Under the pieces are notes generated by a model, which had not been told where the DNA came from, searched no databases, and saw only the letters and a program-made list of their open reading frames with translations. 32,000 nucleotides of DNA from Acaryochloris thomasi RCC1774 (GTDB lineage: Bacteria > Cyanobacteriota > Cyanobacteriia > Thermosynechococcales > Thermosynechococcaceae). The translations under genes were made by a program, and so were the position numbers. The stretch covers positions 24,931 to 56,930 of the forward strand of contig NZ_PQWO01000023.1 of NCBI RefSeq assembly GCF_003231495.1, written 5' to 3'. Below, piece by piece: positions 15,829-23,143 of this stretch; the first letter of the stretch is position 1, and each line of letters opens with the position of its first letter.

Positions 15829-16416
15829 GTGCTGATGATATCACTCAAGAGATTGATGCATGTGGCTCCTGCAGCTCTGTTTCTCTGTGTTTGGCAACCA
15901 AGTCTCTCGGTGCTGGCCCAACAGAGTGATACTTCCTTTCTGCAGCAGGCTCAGACTGCCATTGAGGAAGGACGCTACACCGATGCAGAGACAATGTTGC
16001 AGCAAGCGATCGCCCAACGCCCTGATTCGGCAGAAGCCTACTATTACCTGGGACTGAGCCTTCATCAACAGTTCCGCCTCAGAGAAGCGATTTTAGCCTA
16101 CCGAAATGCGATTCGGATTAGCCCTAAATATGACTTGCCCTATATCAACTTAGGTCTAGCCTGGATTGAGGGGCGGCGGTTAGACGAAGCCAGCAAGGTT
16201 TTTCGTCAAGTTTTGACGCTCCCTGACCGAGAAGAATCTCCGGCAAGCAACCACACGCTGGCCCACTACAACCTCGCCATTATTTTCAAGCGCGAGGATA
16301 ACCCGGAAGCAGCACTAAAGGAAGTCCAAGCGGCCTTGGACATCACACCGGACTTTGAATCAGCCCAAGAACTCCTTCAGGAGCTGCAGTCACCTGACCG
16401 CTCAAAAGGTGACTAG
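15829..16416 (+). CDS. Secreted TPR-repeat protein
   Basis: Signal peptide ...SVLAQQ; repeated A..Y..lG......eAi..y..Ai...P TPR pattern (AEAYYYLGLSL, LPYINLGLAW, AHYNLAIIF). Confidence 0.75.
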   Translation: MLMISLKRLMHVAPAALFLCVWQPSLSVLAQQSDTSFLQQAQTAIEEGRYTDAETMLQQAIAQRPDSAEAYYYLGLSLHQQFRLREAILAYRNAIRISPKYDLPYINLGLAWIEGRRLDEASKVFRQVLTLPDREESPASNHTLAHYNLAIIFKREDNPEAALKEVQAALDITPDFESAQELLQELQSPDRSKGD

Positions 16417-16557
16417 AAACGCGGTTCCATCTCAGTGCCAAGCTCTGACCCCCCATTCAGTCTGCCTCTAAGAGCGATCTGCGAGGAATTCGGTGATCGG
16501 TCGGCTATCTTAAAAGTGTGAGGGTGAAATCAAAAGTCGTCGTCGGCTATCGGACCT

Positions 16558-17361
16558 ATGAACTCTATTGTGCAAGCAGCTATATTGGGCAGTCTTATCC
16601 TGTATACAGGTACGGCACCAGCGATTTCAGGACGGTCATCATTCGTTGCGGCTGCCCCTTCATCCTCTGCCGAGAGCTTGCTAAAGCAGGGACAGGAGCA
16701 AGCAAAACAGGGTGATTTTCGGGGCGCGATCGCAACCTACAATCAAGCCTTGCAAGCCAATCCCCGCCTCACAGAGATCTACTTAGCTCGGGGGCTGGCC
16801 TATCACGATCTGCAAAATTACCCGCAAGCGATCGCCGACTTTAACCAAGCCTTAAAAATTGAACCCACAAACGCAGTATTGCTCTACAACCGAGGCGAAG
16901 CCCGCAGTGACGTAGGCGACCTTGACGGGGCCATGTCAGATCTCAGTCGGGCCATTGAGGTTGATCCCAACTATGCCCAGGCGTATAACTTCCGAGCGAT
17001 TCTGTATAGCACCAGACTCGGCAACTTGAAACTCGCTCTCGATGATTTACAGCAGGCAATTAAGTTGCAGCCCGACTATGCCAATGCTTACTACAATCGC
17101 GGCAATGTCCTCACGGCAATGGAAGATATTGAAGGTGCGATCGCAGATTACACCGAGGCGATTAAGCTAGAACCCGAGTTAGCAGAGGCTTATGGTCATC
17201 GAGGAATACTCCGCGCTCGAACTGGAGATAGCCAAGCGGGCATGGCGGATTTGCAGCAGGCCGCACAACTGTTTGAGCAGCAGGGAGATGAAGCGAACTA
17301 TCAGAAAACATTGATGTTCATTCAAGAGGTAGAGCAACAGAACCTTGTGCCGCTGTCTTAG
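16558..17361 (+). CDS. Secreted TPR-repeat protein
   Basis: N-terminal hydrophobic leader; about 6 consecutive 34-aa TPR units (GDFRGAIATYNQALQANP, YLARGLAYHDLQNYPQAIADFNQALKIEP, and so on). Confidence 0.8.
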   Translation: MNSIVQAAILGSLILYTGTAPAISGRSSFVAAAPSSSAESLLKQGQEQAKQGDFRGAIATYNQALQANPRLTEIYLARGLAYHDLQNYPQAIADFNQALKIEPTNAVLLYNRGEARSDVGDLDGAMSDLSRAIEVDPNYAQAYNFRAILYSTRLGNLKLALDDLQQAIKLQPDYANAYYNRGNVLTAMEDIEGAIADYTEAIKLEPELAEAYGHRGILRARTGDSQAGMADLQQAAQLFEQQGDEANYQKTLMFIQEVEQQNLVPLS

Positions 17362-17449
17362 GCACTCACAAGGACATCTGAACAGGCATTCAATCGGCAA
17401 TGATTATCAGTATCATAGAAGCTAATGCCGATCCTCAAATTCATTTGCA

Positions 17450-17842
17450 ATGGCTGACTCTAGCCCCCTGAAACGACAATCTCCCCCATCTTCTGATGCT
17501 CCTAGCTGCGATGAATCATTGGTACATCTGGACAATGTTCGCCAGGTGCAATCAGACGTTATCGAAACTGAAAAGGCTCAGCGGATGGCTGACTTTTTTA
17601 GTGCCCTCTCTGATCCCCATCGGTTGAAGCTCCTATCGGCGCTGGCCCAACAGGAGCTGTGCGTCTGTGACTTAGCTGCTGCTGTAAAAATGGGTGAATC
17701 GGCAGTGTCTCATCAGTTGCGTGTGTTGCGATCACAACGCCTGGTCAAATACCGACGCCAAGGTCGAAATGTCTGCTACAGCCTCGCTGATGACCACATC
17801 ATGACAGTATATCGAGAAGTAGCCGATCACCTGGACGAGTGA
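17450..17842 (+). CDS. ArsR/SmtB-family metal-sensing repressor (ZiaR/SmtB/AztR-like)
   Basis: ADFFSALSDPHRLKLLSALAQQELCVCDLAAAVKMGESAVSHQLRVLRSQRLVKYRRQGRNVCYSLADDH: winged HTH with the ELCVCDL alpha3 site and C-terminal alpha5-type D/H ligands; closely resembles Synechocystis ZiaR as I recall it. Confidence 0.9.
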   Translation: MADSSPLKRQSPPSSDAPSCDESLVHLDNVRQVQSDVIETEKAQRMADFFSALSDPHRLKLLSALAQQELCVCDLAAAVKMGESAVSHQLRVLRSQRLVKYRRQGRNVCYSLADDHIMTVYREVADHLDE

Positions 17843-17975
17843 AGGTTTTTCTGAATTAAACCGACCTCTATCAGGGGGGTGACGTCTTCAGCTAGTTCCA
17901 GTCCAACAATGAAAAGCTGACTGATTGAGCTTATAACTCTGATCAGATTCAGTGGATAAGAATATTTTTATGATG

Positions 17976-18011
17976 TATTATCTGAATAGTCTTTCAGATA
18001 TTCAGATAATA
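17976..18011. promoter_or_regulatory. ArsR/SmtB-type operator: nested inverted repeats overlapping the ATPase promoter
   Basis: TATTATCTGAATA-gtctttcaga-TATTCAGATAATA (13-nt perfect arms 17976-17988 / 17999-18011) with an inner TATCTGAA-tagtct-TTCAGATA dyad; TGAA...TTCA cores as in SmtB 12-2-12 operators; a TAATAC -10 candidate overlaps the right arm. Confidence 0.55.
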
Positions 18012-18031
18012 CTCTTGGCAGGTTTTTCTAA

Positions 18032-19963
18032 ATGTCAGAATCCCACGCCCGTAAAAATTGCTGCGGCAGCGGTCACGATCATAGCCATGACCACGGCTCA
18101 GGTGAATTTAGTCTCCGTAAAGAGCTGACACCAGTTGTGATCGCAGCCTTCCTCTTCCTTGTCGGCCTTCTCTTCAATGAGCCACTGCATAACACTCCCT
18201 TTGCCATTGCTGAATACGCCGTCTTAATACCTGCATACCTAGTCAGCGGCTGGAGCGTGTTGACAGCGGCAGGCCGCAATATCTTGCGGGGACGCATACT
18301 TGATGAAAATTTCCTGATGACGATCGCCACGCTGGGTGCGATCGCGATTCACGAGGTGCCCGAAGCCGTGGCTGTGATGTTGTTCTTCCAGGTCGGAGAG
18401 CTGTTTCAGGATTATTCGGTGGGGCGATCGCGCCGCTCCATCAAAGCCCTACTGGAGGTGCGACCCGACACCGCCAATCTCAAAGTGGGCGATCAGATTC
18501 GTGAGGTCGATCCTGAGTCCGTTAACATGGGTGATCTAATTCTGGTTCGCCCCGGTGAGAAAGTTCCATTAGATGGTGAAATCCTGGAGGGGCAATCCCA
18601 ACTCGATACCTCTGCCCTCACAGGGGAGTCGGTCCCTCGCACTGTTGTTCCAGGTGAAACTGTCCTTTCCGGCATGATTAACCAGTCGGGAGTGCTGACG
18701 GTGCGCGTCACCAAACCCTTTGCAGAATCCTCAATCTCCAGAATTTTAGAACTGGTGGAAAACGCCAGCAGTAAGAAGGCCGATACCGAAAAATTTATCA
18801 CCCGCTTTGCCCGGTACTACACCCCTGTCGTTGTATTCCTATCTCTAGCAGTGGCAATTTTGCCGCCGCTCCTTATTGCCGGAGCATCCCAGGCCGAATG
18901 GACCTATCGCGCTTTGGTGCTGCTGGTGATTTCTTGTCCCTGCGGTTTGGTGATTAGTATTCCGCTGGGCTACTTCGGGGGCGTGGGAGGAGCCGCCAGA
19001 CGCGGCATTCTCGTTAAAGGCTCCGTCTTCCTAGATGCGCTGGCCCAGGTGAAAACTGTCGTCTTTGATAAAACTGGCACCCTAACCCAGGGTAACTTTC
19101 GCGTCACAGACGTGATCTCTGAGAATGGGTTCACCCAACCACAACTACTGGAACTGGCGGCTCAAGTTGAGTCTCAATCTAATCATCCCGTCGCGCAGTC
19201 AATTCGACTGGCACATGGCAAATCCGTAGATGAATCAGGTGTTCAGGAGTACGAAGAGATTGCGGGGCACGGCATTCGTGCCCGAATAGAGAAGCGTACC
19301 GTTCTGGCAGGGAATGATCGACTGCTGCATCGAGAAAGCATTCCCCATGAGGTTTGCACCGTAGAAGGAACTGTTACCCATCTGGCTGTAGACGGTGAAT
19401 ATACTGGGCGCATCATCATCGAGGATGAATTGAAAGAAGACGCAGTGGCCGCGATTCAAGCCTTACATTCGCAGGGTATTCAAACGGTCATGCTTACAGG
19501 TGATAACCAAGCGGTAGCTGATCGCATTGCCAAAACCCTTGGTCTTGACCAATATCGAGCCGAACTGTTACCCGAAGATAAAGTCGAGGCACTAGAGGAA
19601 TTATTAGATCGGGCCAGTTCAACGAAAGACAAAGTGGCCTTTGTTGGGGATGGTATTAACGATGCTCCTGTGATTGCCAGAGCAGATGTAGGGATGGCAA
19701 TGGGGGGACTCGGCTCAGACGCGGCGATTGAAACCGCTGATGTGGTGATTATGACTGATGCACCGTCCAAAGTGGCAGAAGCCATTGCGATCTCCCAACA
19801 CACTCTACGGATTGTCTGGCAGAACATCATCCTTGCGATGACGGTAAAAGCTATATTCATCGGCCTAGGAGCCATTGGCGTTGCCACACTTTGGGAGGCC
19901 GTCTTTGCTGATGTGGGTGTTGCACTACTAGCCATTTTCAATGCGGGGCGCATTTTAAGATGA
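18032..19963 (+). CDS. P1B-type heavy-metal ATPase (Zn/Cd/Pb-type, CPC) with Cys/His-rich N-terminal tail
   Basis: CCGSGHDHSHDHGSGE tail; TGES, SCPCGLVISIPL, DKTGTLT, GDGINDAP, MTGD motifs; 643 aa with no ferredoxin-fold HMA domain. Confidence 0.9.
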   Translation: MSESHARKNCCGSGHDHSHDHGSGEFSLRKELTPVVIAAFLFLVGLLFNEPLHNTPFAIAEYAVLIPAYLVSGWSVLTAAGRNILRGRILDENFLMTIATLGAIAIHEVPEAVAVMLFFQVGELFQDYSVGRSRRSIKALLEVRPDTANLKVGDQIREVDPESVNMGDLILVRPGEKVPLDGEILEGQSQLDTSALTGESVPRTVVPGETVLSGMINQSGVLTVRVTKPFAESSISRILELVENASSKKADTEKFITRFARYYTPVVVFLSLAVAILPPLLIAGASQAEWTYRALVLLVISCPCGLVISIPLGYFGGVGGAARRGILVKGSVFLDALAQVKTVVFDKTGTLTQGNFRVTDVISENGFTQPQLLELAAQVESQSNHPVAQSIRLAHGKSVDESGVQEYEEIAGHGIRARIEKRTVLAGNDRLLHRESIPHEVCTVEGTVTHLAVDGEYTGRIIIEDELKEDAVAAIQALHSQGIQTVMLTGDNQAVADRIAKTLGLDQYRAELLPEDKVEALEELLDRASSTKDKVAFVGDGINDAPVIARADVGMAMGGLGSDAAIETADVVIMTDAPSKVAEAIAISQHTLRIVWQNIILAMTVKAIFIGLGAIGVATLWEAVFADVGVALLAIFNAGRILR

Positions 19964-19988
19964 CGCTCTTCATTTTGCTCAGATTGGG

Positions 19989-20018
19989 ATCATGCTGACA
20001 ATAGTCCTTCAGCATGAT
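19989..20018 (+). terminator. Hairpin 26 nt after the ATPase stop (possible terminator)
   Basis: ATCATGCTGA-caatagtcct-TCAGCATGAT, 10-bp perfect stem; no T-tract follows, so intrinsic-terminator function is uncertain. Confidence 0.3.
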
Positions 20019-20032
20019 GAACTGGTTGCAAG

Positions 20033-20437
20033 TCATAAAATCAAAGTCTCCACAATTTGGATGGGAAGCGGGATCGCTAACTCCAGTGGCTGCGGAACAT
20101 CAAGGACATCTACGACATAATCGTGAGCAATTACAAAATCGCTGTCAGAGTTGTGATGAACTCATTACCTCCCTCAAACATCGGTTATACCCCTACTGTA
20201 GGCAAGAATACAAGTTGCCTGAATCTCAAAGTTTGAAGTCTTAAAAAGACTACTAGATAACACTTTCGGCGATCCTGTGAGAAAAATTAGACGTATGTCG
20301 GCATAGCCCCGATCAAGTATCACCCGCTGCTGTTCTGGTGTCATGCGATCGCACTGCTGCGGAATTCGGTGGTTGGCGTAGGGGGTCATGGAGTTGCTAT
20401 AGCTGTGGAGCATTTTGCTAGATGGAAAAAGGCCCAA
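20033..20437 (-). pseudogene. Possible degraded HEPN/DUF86 (HepT-like) toxin gene
   Basis: Minus-strand fragments in two frames separated by stops: ...ILDRGYADIRLIFLTGSPKV...FEIQATCILAYSRG... and ...DFVIAHDYVVDVLDVPQPLELAIPLPIQIVETLIL*; the second resembles the (R)xxxxH.Y..vD...vw...lP.L C-terminus of DUF86, but the Arg of the Rx4-6H motif is missing. Confidence 0.25.
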
Positions 20438-20563
20438 AAACTAATATCACTACTTACCGGACAATTTTATGAATTATTACTATCGTAGAGTGTGTAAGCT
20501 ACTCTCTCTACAATGGGCACAATATAGCATCCCCTAATTGTAGTTAAATAGATCTGAAATACC

Positions 20564-20731
20564 ATGAGCATTGAGACTTGTGAAGGATGCCAGAAGGAAT
20601 TTAAGCTAGTAGTACATCCAATGTCTTATCCTGTTGGGAAAGAACTAGAAAGTTATTCCTGCCCATACTGTCATCATAGCTACAAGCGAAAAGTTCGTGG
20701 TACTTTTTCCACTAATAAATTAGAGAAATAG
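20564..20731 (+). CDS. Small (55 aa) Zn-ribbon protein, below the ORF-track length cutoff
   Basis: MSIETCEGCQKEFKLVVHPMSYPVGKELESYSCPYCHHSYKRKVRGTFSTNKLEK*; CxxC...CxxC spacing of a zinc ribbon; ends 11 nt from the convergent stop of the 354-aa gene; no clear RBS. Confidence 0.4.
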   Translation: MSIETCEGCQKEFKLVVHPMSYPVGKELESYSCPYCHHSYKRKVRGTFSTNKLEK

Positions 20732-20742
20732 ATCACTCAAAA

Positions 20743-21807
20743 TCAGAAAGAATCTGGCCGTATAAACTCTAGGCCAGTAATTTCAGAAGCAATTCCGTAA
20801 ACAAATTGACCTGCGGCAGATCTGATAAATTCCATTAAAAGCCAGTTATGGTTGACATTGAAGTGAGCCGCCAAGGCAATTGGATCATAGCGGCTTAATT
20901 CACTCAAACGATGCATTGCAGCAAAGATCAACACCAACTGCGAGTTAGAAAGATCATCGTGATTCGCAACTGACTTTTTTAGATACCAACGATTTTCATT
21001 AGAAAATATTGGAATGATGCGACGCCTGATTTGCTTATGATAGCTTATAAACTTAGAAATGCTATCTTCAATAGCTCTGCCAGACCATTTAAATCGCCGC
21101 TTTCTACGAATCAGAGTATGCCCATGCTGATTAAATAATTCAAAGCCGGGTTCTATGATACGTTTCGTATGGGCATTTAAATAACGCGGATGAACCTGTG
21201 CTTGAAACCAAGCCTCATAAGAACCGTCCTTTCTCATAAAGCAGTTTTCTGTAAGTGGAATAAATAGTTCGGTCGTACCCTTGTAAGACAAGCAATAAGC
21301 TCGATGAATAAATGGCATTTGCCACAAAATTTGTTTCAGAGTAAAACTCTTTCCCGCATTATCAGGTTCTGCTAAGTACTTGCACATAGCAGGTAAAATT
21401 CCACTTCCTTGAAAGTCTACAACCTCATTACTAAGTGATTTATTTCCTTCGATAGCTCGTCCTCCAACACCATGACTTTCAATAATTATGCAGTTCTTAG
21501 AAGATAGTAGCGCTTTGGTTGCGTTTAGGAAGCAGTAGTACGATGTAAGTGGAGCTGACACCTCTGGCAACGCAAGGGAAGCATTATAAAAATGCTTGGC
21601 CTGTTCCCAATAGAACAAAGCCTCATCTTGATGAGCACGCTTGAGCCAAAGGGCAACAAAATCCCAAGGGTCAGAGCAAAGAACCCTAGACGTTCGAAAA
21701 TCGGGAGATCGCAAACATCCATGTAAACGTACATTTTTCCCTGCTATATTCAATTTATGTAAAGGCATTGGTTCTATTAACCTAAAATAATTGCCGTCCA
21801 AAAACAT
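20743..21807 (-). CDS. YaaC-like family protein (function unknown)
   Basis: 354-aa ORF, lower GC than its flanks; DPWDFVALWL...ALFYWEQAKHFYNASLALPEVSAPLTSYYCFLNATKALL and HGVGGRA...NEVVDFQGSGILPAMCKYL align by eye with my recollection of B. subtilis YaaC (PLxxYY...KA; HGV...DEVKIQRNGLLPYFSKHL). Confidence 0.55.
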   Translation of the reverse strand: MFLDGNYFRLIEPMPLHKLNIAGKNVRLHGCLRSPDFRTSRVLCSDPWDFVALWLKRAHQDEALFYWEQAKHFYNASLALPEVSAPLTSYYCFLNATKALLSSKNCIIIESHGVGGRAIEGNKSLSNEVVDFQGSGILPAMCKYLAEPDNAGKSFTLKQILWQMPFIHRAYCLSYKGTTELFIPLTENCFMRKDGSYEAWFQAQVHPRYLNAHTKRIIEPGFELFNQHGHTLIRRKRRFKWSGRAIEDSISKFISYHKQIRRRIIPIFSNENRWYLKKSVANHDDLSNSQLVLIFAAMHRLSELSRYDPIALAAHFNVNHNWLLMEFIRSAAGQFVYGIASEITGLEFIRPDSF

Positions 21808-21818
21808 GAAACGGCAGC

Positions 21819-21824
21819 ATTATA
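21819..21824 (-). promoter_or_regulatory. Perfect TATAAT box 11 nt upstream of the YaaC-like ATG (near-leaderless transcript implied)
   Basis: Minus strand ...gaaTATAATgctgccgtttcATG; only a weak -35 (TTCGCA) at about 16 nt. Confidence 0.3.
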
Positions 21825-21899
21825 TTCAGTATTCCCTCAATGCGAATAGACTAACTTTTTACAAATATTGCTATCACATGCTGTATTGCAACCTCTCAC

Positions 21900-22105
21900 T
21901 CAGGAAAGTGCACGGTGGACAGCGGTTATCAGTTGGGCATAGCCTGCTTACCCTAGAGAGATGAGATCGCTCTTCTGCGGAAAACGCTCTTGACCAGAGG
22001 TGGCATCATCGGTCATCGGCGGTAGGACTCGGGAAAACGGGGGTGATATCAGCCAATCTTATCAGTGGCGGGAATGCTGACGACTTTAAAGGGCTTCAGC
22101 CGCTT
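21900..22105 (-). pseudogene. Possible decayed, N- and C-terminally truncated paralog of the FimB/E-like recombinase
   Basis: Minus-strand fragments in shifting frames: KRLKPFKVVSIPATDKIG* / LADITPVFPSPTADDR* / MTDDATSGQERFPQKSDLISLG* / AGYAQLITAVHRALS*, compared with intact RRLKGSKPSTHPLQEDEI...FLFPAERAEHLSPHAV...VHPHMLRHS; shared DNA strings gcggctgaag and gat(a/g)agattg. Confidence 0.3.
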
Positions 22106-22185
22106 GCTATCGATAAGGTTTGCTTAATCGAGGGGTCTTCAGGGGGCCATACCCCCACAAGCCAGTAAATTCGTTGTTAAAGGGG

Positions 22186-22270
22186 TTTATGGTGAATCGG
22201 TACAGGAAACAACGCTAAGCCTGTAACGCCCTGACAGCATGGGTTACAAGCGCTAATTTTGGTGTTTTTT
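22186..22270. repeat. Left arm of ~85-bp imperfect inverted repeat (IR-L)
   Basis: The reverse complement reads aaaattagcgcttgtaacccatgCTGTCAGGGCgTTaCAGgCTTAGcGTTGTTTcCTGTaCCGATtcACCaTAAACccctttaac and aligns with 23140-23225. Confidence 0.7.
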
Positions 22271-22814
22271 TGAAGGTGCGAATCGCTGAAACCTTTGCTG
22301 GTTATGCAATAGAAGGTTTTGTATTTTTTGCTTTAGGCTGTAATTGGCCTGTAATCCTTTTAAGGTAGGGTTTTCAGGCATTGTGTTTGAGTTTGGTCCT
22401 TGTTTTGCTTTAACTCATAGTCTGCTGGTCCAGAGTATCTTAACTACTCTGGAATACTAGCCATTAATACAGATTTATTGATGTTCTATTCATCACTTGA
22501 AGCGAAACGCTCTACTAAAAGCAACTTTTTAAAGTCTACTTTGTACCCCCTACTCTTCGGTAAGAATGTCGTATCTACCCATGCTTGTGGCTTAAAGATA
22601 CTGATTTGCAAACAGTACTCTCAGATCTTCAAAGTAAATCAAGCCAACGTGATCAGATACAAAGCCATAACGCAGATTTGAAAGCTAAAACCCTTTATTA
22701 TCAAGCATTACACTATTATGTTTTTTGCTACTCAGTCATAGCTCTAATGTCTCAGAGAGAGCTTCTGAAGTGCAGTACTGAAGCTTATTAGGCATTGATG
22801 ATGAAGCTCTTTAG

Positions 22815-22855
22815 GTCGATCTATATGTTGCAACTATTTCAATATATAGATCGAC
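22815..22855. repeat. Perfect 12-bp hairpin inside the IR-bounded segment
   Basis: GTCGATCTATAT-gttgcaactatttcaat-ATATAGATCGAC followed by ATTTT; could be a terminator or a protein-binding dyad. Confidence 0.6.
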
Positions 22856-23077
22856 ATTTTGACGAAAAATACTGAATCCTAGTTAGCATAAAGCATACTT
22901 ATTAATAGTGTTTTTAAAGCCGCTGTTAATGTCATAAATGGTAGGAACCCGTATGCTCCTGCGCCAAAATACCCTCCTTGGATGATTCCCTCTGCCTCCC
23001 CGACAAGCGACAAGAATATGCCTGTAACTCAATAGTAGCAATGCTTTTAGCGATATTGAACGTGAATATAAAAATGT

Positions 23078-23143
23078 AAAAACCTTAAAACCCTCTCTAG
23101 GCATATGTTTTAAGGTTTTTAGCACTCTAGAAAACCTTAAAAA
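23078..23143. repeat. Three copies of AAAACCTTAAAA (forward, inverted, forward) abutting IR-R
   Basis: AAAAACCTTAAAAC (23078-23091), its complement GTTTTAAGGTTTTT (23107-23120), and AAAACCTTAAAAA (23131-23143). Confidence 0.6.

Noticed and set aside
19480-19953. 157-aa minus-strand ORF inside the P-type ATPase gene (also 9001..9402, 9498..9734, 11555..11944 inside the adaptor and RND genes)
   Set aside because: These are Ala/Ser-rich shadow frames of GC-richer genes, and no independent signals support them.
20014-20244. 76-aa + strand ORF after the ATPase
   Set aside because: It has no recognisable features, and the opposite strand carries the more interpretable HepT-like fragments. It is likely spurious.
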